Of a DNA stretch of 64,000 nt, positions 8,626-17,735 are shown one piece after another. Source of the stretch: Candidatus Latescibacterota bacterium. GTDB taxonomy: Bacteria > Latescibacterota > UBA2968 > GCA-2709665. Every line of letters starts with the position of its first letter. The stretch's first letter is position 1. The stretch covers positions 3,520,001-3,584,000 of the forward strand of contig OZ241917.1 of NCBI GenBank assembly GCA_965203805.1, read 5' to 3'. Position numbers and translations under genes: made by a program. A model generated the notes under the pieces. The model searched no databases and had not been told where the DNA came from. It saw only the letters and a list, made by a program, of their open reading frames with translations.

Positions 8626-9870
8626 ATGAGGTGGTTTCTGCTGATTCTGTTTCTGGCAACCGATGCACTGGCAAACCAGGCGGTGATGACGACGACGGAT
8701 TACGCCACGGGTGGACTTTCGAGCCTGGATCTCGGCACAAACACGGCTGCAAACGACCATCTGACGATTCATTCGGACGCGGTGGTTCGCACGTATCGGG
8801 ACAAGGTGTATATACTCAACCGCCTCCGGCAGGATAACGTCATTGTTCTGGATGGAGACGATCTGCAGACGCCACTGACGCAGTATTCCACGGGAAACGG
8901 CACGAATCCCCACGACATCGCCTTTGTCAGCGAGGAGAAGGCGTATATTTCCCTGTATGAACGAACACAGTTGCTTATCGTCAATCCCGTCACGGGCGAT
9001 TCGCTGGGTACGGTCGATCTTTCGACATTCGCGGATGCCGACGGCCTGCCCGAAATCTCTCAACTCGTGATAAATGGTGACCGTCTGTTTGCCGCGTGTC
9101 ATCGGCTGGATAGGGAGAACGGATGGGTCCCGACCGAATTTTCGGCGATTGCCGTTGTTGACGTGTCGACCGATCTGCTGGTGGACGTGGAGCCAGATAA
9201 AGAAGGTGTTCAGGGAATTTTGATGGCGGGTAAGAATCCCTCAGGGGCGGCGCTGCGGGGCAGCAAGTGGTACCTGAGCGCCGTCAATACGTACACCGAC
9301 TTGACTGACGGCGGCATCGAGGTAATCGATTTGGCGAACTTGCGGAGCGAAGGAATCGTGCTCGATGAGACGACCGCGGGCGGTAACCTAGGGTCTCTGA
9401 CGATGATTTCCAATGAGGTCGGCTATGTCGTTGTATTAGACGCAAGTTTCGTCACTAATTACGTCAAACGAATCAACCTGGTGACTCAGGCCGTATCGCT
9501 GGGCTTGGACGGCCTTTCAGGGGGTCGAGTGCCCGGCCTGGGTATATTCCGCGGGCGACTGTATGTACTGGATCAAGGCAGTCCCGTCGATCCGGCCTCC
9601 GCCGGCGTGAAGGTCTACGACGTAGATTCGGACGACCCTCTGGCCGGTCCGATCAACACGGGCCTGCCGCCGTCGAGCATTGCGTTCCTGGGCAGCGTGG
9701 CGGATTTCAATGGTGACTGTATTGTGGATTTCAGCGATTTCGTGGCCTTTGCCTCCACGTTTGGCAGAACCGCCGCTCAAGATGACTTCGACGCCAGGTT
9801 CGACCTGAATGGAAACGGTGAGGTCGATTTCCAGGATTTCCTGATCTTCGCCTCGGAATTCGGGCGTTGA
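8626..9870 (+). CDS. Secreted beta-propeller (BtuG/YncE-like) with C-terminal dockerin-like EF-hand pair
   Basis: GGGAGG RBS; signal peptide; NPHDIAFVSEEKAYISLY propeller blades; C-terminal DFNGDCIVDFSDF..DLNGNGEVDFQDF duplicated motif. Confidence 0.78.
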   Translation: MRWFLLILFLATDALANQAVMTTTDYATGGLSSLDLGTNTAANDHLTIHSDAVVRTYRDKVYILNRLRQDNVIVLDGDDLQTPLTQYSTGNGTNPHDIAFVSEEKAYISLYERTQLLIVNPVTGDSLGTVDLSTFADADGLPEISQLVINGDRLFAACHRLDRENGWVPTEFSAIAVVDVSTDLLVDVEPDKEGVQGILMAGKNPSGAALRGSKWYLSAVNTYTDLTDGGIEVIDLANLRSEGIVLDETTAGGNLGSLTMISNEVGYVVVLDASFVTNYVKRINLVTQAVSLGLDGLSGGRVPGLGIFRGRLYVLDQGSPVDPASAGVKVYDVDSDDPLAGPINTGLPPSSIAFLGSVADFNGDCIVDFSDFVAFASTFGRTAAQDDFDARFDLNGNGEVDFQDFLIFASEFGR

Positions 9871-10790
9871 GAATCGGGGAGACGGGAGACGGTAGAATAA
9901 AGCGGTGAGACGTGAGACGCAAGACGGTAGATGACGTCCTTGCCCGACTGGTTTTTCCCTCATGCCTCTGGCAAGAAATGAAACCGGACGAGGCAATCAC
10001 ATCCTCTACCGTCTCCCCTCTACCCTCTCCCCGCTTTTGAGGGGTTGGGGGGAGAGGTCTGCGTAAATGCGGTAAGACGGGAGATGAAATCCTCGCCCGA
10101 TTGGTTCTTCCTCAATGCCTCCGGCAAGAGATGATACCGAACAGGCACTCACATCATCTCACGTCTCCCCTCTTACCTCTCACCGTTCGAGACCTACCCC
10201 CTCGCCCCCTTCCTGAGAGGAAGGGGGAATGGCGATGGGTTGATGTACTGGCCATGCAAATGTGCCGGGTGGCGATTTCCTGTGAATCAGAGTATCTATG
10301 GATGACCGGCACGCGACGCCTGTCTTTTCTCCCCCTCTCCCCCCGGGAGAGGGGGTTGGGGGGAGAGGTCTGCGCCCGTCATGGCGTTGCCCTATGGCGC
10401 AACCATAGCTGTGCTCATCATCAAGGCACTCATCGGTCTACGAACGGATATCCCGACTGGAGGACTGTCAGAGCAGAGCGCGCTGATCCGTCCAGCAACG
10501 CGGATTGGTGTGCCGCCGAGAGTGTCAGGCCAGAGGGTTACGTGCATCCTGTGAGCGTGTTCGCGCTGTGCATATGGCAGGCCCCGCCTGCCTGCCGCGC
10601 AGGGCTTGGCGCAGGCAGGCGCCCAGCGGCGACTTTTGGTTCCTTTTGGTCGCTTCAAAAGGAACCCGCCGGAGGCAGGGAATTTGGGGAAAGGGGGTTT
10701 TGAATTTGATGTTCGACTTTGATTCAAACCGACAGCTGATCACTGACGGCTGACAGTTGTTCTTTCCCTTTGTGTCTCCGTGTGAGCCGA
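9871..10790. repeat. Composite REP/MITE tract
   Basis: Two copies of the CTTGCCCG..GGCAAGAAATGA element (9925-9990, 10078-10142); about 170-bp element 10205-10377 found inverted at 46883-47056; CCCCTCTCC/GGAGAGGGG hairpins; GCCTGCCTGC/GCAGGCAGGC; GTTCCTTTTG..CAAAAGGAAC; GCTGAC heptamers. Confidence 0.8.
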
Positions 10791-10796
10791 TCTTGA

Positions 10797-11576
10797 TTCA
10801 AGCTGGGCGCGGTCTGCGGATTGGCAATCGTGCTGAATCACATTCATCCCGCCTTCGGCCTGGTTTTTCACATATATATTATATATAGTATGATCGCGCT
10901 CAAGGACCTGTGCAAACACGGCCTGGCCATCGACCGGGCCGCCGATACGGACGGCGCCCGGCGGGCCGTCTCCCAACTCGTTGGGCGCGATACCGATACA
11001 ATGGACGTCGCGGCCTGCCGGCGGGCGGGCATGGAGAGTCTGAGCGAGAACGCTGTCGACGGGTTCATTTCGCCCGTTTTGTTATATACTCTATTTGGTA
11101 TTCGTGGCGTTGTATTCTTCAAGGTGATCAGCACCATGGACTCTATGGTGGGTTTCAAAACCCCGCGATACCGCGCTTTCGGATGGTGCGGCGCCCGGCT
11201 GGACGACGTGCTCAATTACCTTCCCGCGAGATTGACTTATGTCTGGATGGTGCTGGTCGCGTTATTTCTTCCCGGGTGTTCCGCCCGCAAGGCGATGCTT
11301 GTCGGCTGGCGGCAGCACGCCCTCGTTCCGGGGCCGAATTCAGGGTGGAGCGAAGCGACGGCCGCCGGCGCGCTGCAGCGCCGCCTGGTGGGCCCCGTCT
11401 GGCAGGATGGCGTACGGATTACCGACCTCTGGCTGGGCGATGAGTCCGACCCGGAAGGGGGCCAACCCGGGGATACGCGCCGCATTTGCGCATTTGTCAT
11501 CGCCACCTGTATGCTTGCAACGGGTCTGGCGGCTGCGTATCTGTTCCTTTCGGGTCCCCACGTGTTGACTTTCTGA
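10797..11576 (+). pseudogene. cbiB: Adenosylcobinamide-phosphate synthase CbiB/CobD, 5'-truncated
   Basis: ARRAVSQLVGRDT, ESLSENAVDG, TMDSMVGFK, ARLDDVLNYLPARL, PNSGWSEA motifs; the N-terminal D..GDP..HP segment is absent and there is an in-frame TGA at 10794 next to the repeat tract. Confidence 0.8.
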
Positions 11577-11641
11577 CCCCTGGCCGCTATCTTCATCTGC
11601 CGCATTCAACCGATACAGTGAGCATGTTACAAGGAGAGGGT

Positions 11642-13235
11642 GATGATGAAATCTCTACTTGCCGGCTTGACTCTGGCGGCAATCTGCCTGTCTTTAAATC
11701 CTGTCTTTGCACAGGACAACAGGACGACGGCAGGTAACGTGGTGGACCGCGAGACCCTGATGGCCTTTGTGGAAGGGGCAAAGGACTCCCTGGAGGGCGC
11801 CGCCGACTTCGCCGCGGTCGGGCGATTGACCCAGGCGTTCAGGACCGAAGGCGACTGGAAGGCCGGGCCGGTCTATCTCGTGATTCTGACCGGCGAGGGA
11901 CTCGTGCAATTTCACGCGGCCGACGTTACGGTCGAAGATAAGAACGTAATTGATCTCGAGGATGACAGAGGCGCGAAAATTGTGCGGGACATGCTTGCCG
12001 CTGCCGCTGAGGACGGCGGCTTTGTCGAGTACTATTGGGACGATCCTACCATGGAGGACGATGATTTACCCAGGCTGACCTACTCGGTTCCTGTTACCAT
12101 AGTCGGGCTGGAATTCGTCCTTGTCGGCGGTTTTCACATGGACCTGTCGGACGTCGACGCCGAGCCTAACATCTTCGAACTGCTGGAAGTGACGGCCCGG
12201 GATGTAAAGGACAGGGAGTCCCTTAGAGCGTTTGTGGAGGGGCTGCGGGTACTTGTTCCCTTCATCGAAGAACGAGGGTATCCCTACCTGGCAACCGTGC
12301 AGGCTGCCATCAGGACCGAAGGGGAGGATTTCAAACACGGTTCGATATACATCTTTGTGATCAACACGTCGGGCATCCTGATCTTCCACGGCACGGCGGA
12401 CGCCAGTTCCTTCGGCGAGAACATGATCGACGTCGAGGACGTCAATGGAGTCAAAATCGTCCGTGAAATTATCGCGACGGCCGAAACCGGCGGCGGGTTT
12501 GTGAAATACTACTGGGACAATCCGGCGGTCGTCGGAGACGAGGACACCAGGTCGCCCAAGCTCAGCTACGTGATCCCGATTCACATTTTCGGTCAGACGT
12601 TTGTCGTAGGCGCGGGCATCTATCTGGACAGCGATATCGCATTCGAAGAGATCGCGCAGGTGGATGTACAGGTCGTCGGCGACGACGACCCGGGCCGACT
12701 ACTTACAGTGGAAGTTTCGCGGTCGATTTCAGGACGCGCGCCCGTCTATGCGTGGCGCGAGACGACCGATGAGACGGGGCGCGCCGTGGTGAGAGTCACG
12801 CCGGACGAACAGCGCCGCGTCAACGGCATGTACCGGGCGCGCGTGCGCACGTCCGATGGCGCGACCGTTGCAAGCTGGAGCAGCATTCCGCTGATGCCGG
12901 GAAGGCGCGTGACCTATGAGGTCAACCTGAATGGCGATGTACGTGCCATTGCGTCGCTTGCGGCTTCGCTGGGGCCGAACCGTCCGAATCCGTTCAACCC
13001 CGCGACAACCATACGTTATTCACTGAACGAATCAGCGGACGTGAACCTGGCGATCTACAACCTGCTGGGCCAGGAGGTCCGGCTGCTGGTTCGACAGTTC
13101 CAGCCGGCGGGCAGCTACACGGTCGTGTGGGACGGTCAGGACGCCGCGGGAAGGCAGGTGAGTACGGGCGTGTACCTGTATCGGCTTCAGGCGGGGGCGG
13201 ACGTTGTCACGCGCAAGATGGTGTTGGCGAAATAG
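11642..13235 (+). CDS. Secreted protein with two single-Cache domains and a C-terminal FlgD-Ig/secretion-type tail
   Basis: Signal peptide; two repeats TA.NV.DRE.L.AFVEG..YxxV..G...FH..D..G.KIVR....A..GGGFV.YYWD.P; tail PNPFNPATTIRY..IYNLLGQ.VR.L..WDG.D..G..VSTGVYLYRL. ORF track start is 11640 (GTG). Confidence 0.85.
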
Positions 13236-13360
13236 CTATCGGGTAAGCATATCCGGATCATTTCGGGTAACAGAGTGAGACGGGTTTCGTGTATGGAGTC
13301 AGAACAGGCGCGGCCCGTCTTTTCATTGACGGGGACGTGTCAGGCGATTCCGGAGGAGCG

Positions 13361-14395
13361 GTGACTGAGGCGATTCTGACGGCACGGAACCTGGCCATCG
13401 GTTACAAACGCGGTCGCCAGGCGCCTCGCGTTGTGGCTCGGGATATCGACGTTTCGCTTGATGCCGGCGATTTCGTGTGTCTGCTGGGTCCCAACGGCGC
13501 GGGGAAATCCACGCTCCTGCGCACGCTTGCCGGGATGCAGCCGCCGCTGAACGGGCGCGTAGAAATCGCGGGGAGAAATATCGCGGAGATGTCCGCGACG
13601 GAAGTCGCCCAGGTACTCAGCGTGGTTCTCACGGACCGCGTCAGCGTGGGCGCCATGACGGTGCGCGACCTGGTGGGCCTGGGACGGCATCCCCACACCG
13701 ATTGGATCGGACGCTTCGCTCCGGACGATGAACAGGCCGTTACATGGGCGATCCGCGCGGCGCGGGCCGGGGACCTGGAAAACCGCAATGTCGCCGAACT
13801 GAGCGATGGCGAGCGGCAGCGGGTGATGATTGCGCGGGCGCTGGCGCAGCAGCCCGACCTGATGATCCTGGATGAACCCACGGCCTTTCTCGATCTGCCT
13901 CGCCGCGTGGAAATCATGGCGCTGTTGCGAGACCTTGCACATACGACCCGGAAAGCGATCCTCCTCTCCACGCACGACCTGGACCTGGCGTTGCGTTGTG
14001 CGGACCGCATCTATCTCCTGCCTTCAGAAGGCGCGTTGCAGACCGGCGCGCCCGAGGACCTGGTCCTGAATGGCGCTTTTGAATCGGCGTTCGGGAGCGA
14101 TGACGTGCGTTTTGACGCCGATTCAGGCGCGTTCAGGCTCACCCCGGAACGCGGCCAGGCTACGGTTTCCGTGTCGGGACAGGGACGGCGCGCCCACTGG
14201 ACTAAGCGTGCGCTGGAACGCGCCGGGTTCCAGGTGGATGACGCGGAGTCCTCGTGCCGCATCGACGTCGTCAACGGCACAGACGGCTCGTGGCGTTTCG
14301 AACGTGGCGAAACAACCCGAAACTTCCATTCTATTTACGACTTGATTGTAGCGCTTAAAGTCGAATATGGAATAAATTCCGTGGTGAAATCGTGA
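13361..14395 (+). CDS. btuD: Cobalamin/Fe-siderophore ABC transporter ATP-binding protein (BtuD-like)
   Basis: GPNGAGKST, LSDGERQR, LDEPT, H-loop; GGAGG RBS before GTG at 13361. Confidence 0.88.
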   Translation: MTEAILTARNLAIGYKRGRQAPRVVARDIDVSLDAGDFVCLLGPNGAGKSTLLRTLAGMQPPLNGRVEIAGRNIAEMSATEVAQVLSVVLTDRVSVGAMTVRDLVGLGRHPHTDWIGRFAPDDEQAVTWAIRAARAGDLENRNVAELSDGERQRVMIARALAQQPDLMILDEPTAFLDLPRRVEIMALLRDLAHTTRKAILLSTHDLDLALRCADRIYLLPSEGALQTGAPEDLVLNGAFESAFGSDDVRFDADSGAFRLTPERGQATVSVSGQGRRAHWTKRALERAGFQVDDAESSCRIDVVNGTDGSWRFERGETTRNFHSIYDLIVALKVEYGINSVVKS

Positions 14396-15471
14396 GTTAC
14401 GGGATGAAATCGGATCCGAGAGACAAAGCGCGGGAGGGGCCGCGGCGTTCGATCTTCGTTCCGGGACTGTTTCTGCTGCTTCTTGTCGCGTTCGGCCTGA
14501 GCCTTTCGCTGGGGTCGGTCCGCATTCCTCTGGCCGGACTGTTCGATATATTCACGGGCGGAGAGCCCGCCTCTCAGGCATGGTCGATCATCATTCACAC
14601 CATTCGCCTGCCGAAGGCGATCACAGGTGTGTTGGCCGGTGCCGCCCTGGCTGTGAGCGGACTGCAGATGCAGACGTTGTTTCGCAATCCACTCGCGGAT
14701 CCGTTTGTGCTTGGCATCAGCGCCGGCGCCAGTCTGGGCGTGGCCATCGTGGTGTTGACGGCGGGCGCCGTTGGCAGCGCGCTGATCGCCGGTTTGGGTT
14801 TCCTAGGCGACCTCGGCCTGGCGTTTGCGGCGACCCTTGGCGCCGCCGCGGTGCTGGGAGGTGTGCTGTTGGTGTCCCGCAGTGTGAGCAGTGTGATGAC
14901 GTTGCTCATCCTGGGGTTGATGTTCGGGTATGCGACCGCGGCGTTCGTCAGCATTCTGATTTACTTCAGCGTGCCCGAACAGATCCAGTCGTATATCCTG
15001 TGGACGTTCGGCAGTTTCGGCAGCGTGACATGGCGCCAGATCCCCGTGCTGGCCTGCGCCATACTGCTCGGGCTATTGCTGGCGTTGCTGTGCATCAAGC
15101 CTCTCAATGCGCTGTTGCTGGGCGAAGACTACGCCCGAAGCATGGGCCTGAACGTGAAACGCGCGCGGCTTTGGATTCTGCTCAGCGCGTCAATCCTCGC
15201 CGGCGCCACCACCGCCTTCTGCGGACCCATCGCCTTTCTGGGCCTGGCCGTGCCGCACCTCTGCCGCAGCCTGCTGCACACGTCGGACCACCGCGTGCTC
15301 ATGCCCGCCGTCATCTGCCTTGGCGCAACCCTCGCGCTGCTGTCCGATCTGTTTGCGCACCTGCCGGGCAGCCAATTCGTGCTGCCGCTCAATGCGGTGA
15401 CCTCCCTCATCGGGGCGCCAGTCGTCATCTGGTTCATCCTGCATCGGAAGAACCTGAATCAGACGTTTTGA
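14392..15471 (+). CDS. btuC: FecCD/BtuC-family permease
   Basis: IRLPKA, FRNPLADPFVLGISAGA, LLGEDYARSMG, GPIAFLGLAVPH; multiple TM helices. Confidence 0.9.
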   Translation: MSYGMKSDPRDKAREGPRRSIFVPGLFLLLLVAFGLSLSLGSVRIPLAGLFDIFTGGEPASQAWSIIIHTIRLPKAITGVLAGAALAVSGLQMQTLFRNPLADPFVLGISAGASLGVAIVVLTAGAVGSALIAGLGFLGDLGLAFAATLGAAAVLGGVLLVSRSVSSVMTLLILGLMFGYATAAFVSILIYFSVPEQIQSYILWTFGSFGSVTWRQIPVLACAILLGLLLALLCIKPLNALLLGEDYARSMGLNVKRARLWILLSASILAGATTAFCGPIAFLGLAVPHLCRSLLHTSDHRVLMPAVICLGATLALLSDLFAHLPGSQFVLPLNAVTSLIGAPVVIWFILHRKNLNQTF

Positions 15472-15495
15472 AATCAACAGGCGGGAAGAAACATG

Positions 15496-15950
15496 GATGG
15501 ACAGGATAAAGACGAAAAGGCGCGACAAAGGCACGAGAAAACGAGTAACAGCAGTGACTGGGTTTCAGTATGGGCCAGATTCCGTGTCGAGCGGTTGATC
15601 GAATCACATGTCCGTAAAAGGCAAGCAACATGGATGGACAGGATGAACAGGATAAAGGCCAAAACCGGATTAGAAATCAGGAACAGAAAAAAAGGCAGAA
15701 AGCGGAGAAAACAGGAGGGAGATGCCGTAGAACTGAACAATTGTCCAACTTCAGAGGTAAGTCAACTAACCGTCAAAAGCAACGAACATCGATGGACAGG
15801 ATAAAGACGAAAAGGCGCGACAAAGGCACGAGAAAACGAGTAACAGCAGTGACTGGGTTTCAGTATGGGCCAGATTCCGTGTCGAGCGGTTGATCGAATC
15901 ATATATCCGTCAAAGGCAAGCAACATGGATGGACAGGATGGGCAGGATAA
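15496..15950 (+). repeat. Two near-identical ~160-bp direct repeats (15496-15655, 15791-15950)
   Basis: GATGGACAGGATAAAGACGAAAAGGCGCG..GCAAGCAACATGGATGGACAGGATG repeated at a 295-bp period; the motif recurs inverted near 51803-51860. Confidence 0.9.
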
Positions 15951-16034
15951 GAGCAACAACCGAATCAGGATTCGAAGGATTTGCGGGATGAAGCAGGATT
16001 AGAAATCAGGAACAGGATCGAGACATGGTGCAGG

Positions 16035-16068
16035 AAAAAGCCCGCGCCAATTCAGGTGCGGGCTTTTT
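16035..16068. terminator. Bidirectional intrinsic terminator
   Basis: AAAAAGCCCGC..GCGGGCTTTTT between the convergent btu and mcrBC units. Confidence 0.8.
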
Positions 16069-16110
16069 GATTCACCAGGTGGTTAGTGGAAGCAAGTCCA
16101 GGCGGCCTGC

Positions 16111-16199
16111 CTCAGGTGGTCATTACAATCAAGCGATTTCTCAGACGAACATTCGAGAGGGTGGAGCAGACATTCCTGTCTGCTCACATACATCAAACC
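16111..16199 (+). repeat. 89-bp REP-containing direct repeat, copy 1 (left of mcrBC)
   Basis: Colinear with 21833-21921; contains the hairpin GTG-GAGCAGACA-TTCC-TGTCTGCTC. Confidence 0.85.
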
Positions 16200-16270
16200 T
16201 TTCGCGGCTTCGCTATGTTCAGCCGCAACCAAATAGATTGAAGTGAACGTCTGAGCCCGTTCGAAAATCG

Positions 16271-16338
16271 ATCACTCCCCACTTGGGGGGAGTCGCAGAA
16301 GCCAAGCCGTCAGGCGACGGCTGATGCGGTGGGGGGAT
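16271..16338 (+). repeat. REP-like element ATCACTCCCC..GGGGAGTCGCAGAAGCC
   Basis: Inverted copy at 23814-23902. Confidence 0.75.
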
Positions 16339-16479
16339 CTCGACGCCTTTCCGCGTACAATCAGCCTGAATCAACAGGCCCGCATTCTGCGTGGGAATCT
16401 TACCGCGAAATTCTAAACGGTAACGATCCGGCGAAGAGTGGACGAGAACTGCCCATGGTTGTCCATGCAACAATGGAGT

Positions 16480-17733
16480 TCAACTTTGGAGTGTGTTCAA
16501 TATTTCGGTGACGCTTTTGCAGGGCTTTTTTACGTCAAACGGAACACAGACCAACGAAAGCTCTTCGTCAAATTTGAATTCTTCTGTCTTGTCGAACTCC
16601 TTCGTTTTCGGATAGACAAGCGCGACCTTGCTGCATCCATATTTCTTCCCGTAAACGAACATCTGGTACATGTCCGCCTGGTTGATGCCGAGTTTCAGGT
16701 CACCGTCTTCGGCGTTGATGCGCTTCCATTTCGTGTCCAGGATAAAATCAGCTTTGCCGCCGGACATCAGGCTGATGTCCGGTTTCATGTAGAAGACTTC
16801 GTTTGCGCCACGGGTGGCCAGCGGCTTCATCGGACCCTGCTGGCGCAACCTTAAATTCCCACCATACCGCCGGAAAGACGCCGCTACGAAGTCCTCAAAT
16901 ATCTCCCACATCGGAAAGAGCAACGTCTGGTTGACATGTCTACCGGAGAACGTGGTCAGGCCGTGATTGAAGAGAAACAGGCCGACCCACTGCATCACCG
17001 CGTCGTAATGTTGAATCGTACGATCCAGAGAGTGCCGGTCCCAGTCGCTCCGCGGGTGCGTTGACGACGGAATATCGGAAAAACCGATTCGCAACTGGTG
17101 CAACATCTGCTGATTTCCAGGCTGGCGAACCGTTCGGTTCAATTTGTCAATCGTGCTACGGATCAGTCGATTGGCGGGTCGGTTTGCGCTGAACACGTCA
17201 TAGCCCACGTAGAATCGTGCACGGTTAGCCACGTTCTCGCGAATGTGTTGAGGAAACTGAATGCGTCCGCGGAGGCATGGAAGGTTGTCCTCTACCGGAT
17301 GATATTGGCGGGCTAGACCGCGCTGCGTGAGCATCACGAGGTTGTTCAAGAACAGGTGGACGAACACCTCCAGCATATCGAAGCGTCGCACGGCGTTGAT
17401 CTGGCTCTCGTTGAACTGAGCAGCCGATTTGAAGCCGCGCCAGGTGCGCAGCATATTGAAGAACACCCTTCTCGTTGCTTCGATCTCCGCGCGTTCGACG
17501 AAATCCACCTTTGGGAGGATTTCCAGTACCGTTCCCTTACGTGTTTCGATAATCCCGACGTAGTTTCCGGCGAACAACCTACGATTCCGGACGGCCAATA
17601 CCGGCCTGTAATTGCCAAGATCATCCCGTTGTTTCTCAACGGCGAAATCCTTCAGGTCTTTCAGTTCTTCATCGCTGAGACCGGTCAGTTCTTCGTGTTC
17701 TCTGATAACTAATGATTTTTGGCTAGTCGACAT
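16480..17733 (-). CDS. mcrC: McrC-family restriction nuclease subunit
   Basis: NYVG..EILPK, LF.MW.IFEDFV, KPD..ILDTKWK, ADMYQMFVYG PD-(D/E)xK core; ATG at 17733 directly after the mcrB stop. Confidence 0.92.
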   Translation of the reverse strand: MSTSQKSLVIREHEELTGLSDEELKDLKDFAVEKQRDDLGNYRPVLAVRNRRLFAGNYVGIIETRKGTVLEILPKVDFVERAEIEATRRVFFNMLRTWRGFKSAAQFNESQINAVRRFDMLEVFVHLFLNNLVMLTQRGLARQYHPVEDNLPCLRGRIQFPQHIRENVANRARFYVGYDVFSANRPANRLIRSTIDKLNRTVRQPGNQQMLHQLRIGFSDIPSSTHPRSDWDRHSLDRTIQHYDAVMQWVGLFLFNHGLTTFSGRHVNQTLLFPMWEIFEDFVAASFRRYGGNLRLRQQGPMKPLATRGANEVFYMKPDISLMSGGKADFILDTKWKRINAEDGDLKLGINQADMYQMFVYGKKYGCSKVALVYPKTKEFDKTEEFKFDEELSLVCVPFDVKKPCKSVTEILNTLQS

Positions 17734-17735
17734 GG

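Noticed and set aside
10101-10753. ORFs of 200, 111 and 82 aa between the propeller gene and cbiB
   Set aside because: They are translations of REP/MITE repeats with no protein-like signal.
15496-16016. Possible CRISPR array
   Set aside because: Only two long units, no short repeat/unique spacer periodicity, no cas genes.
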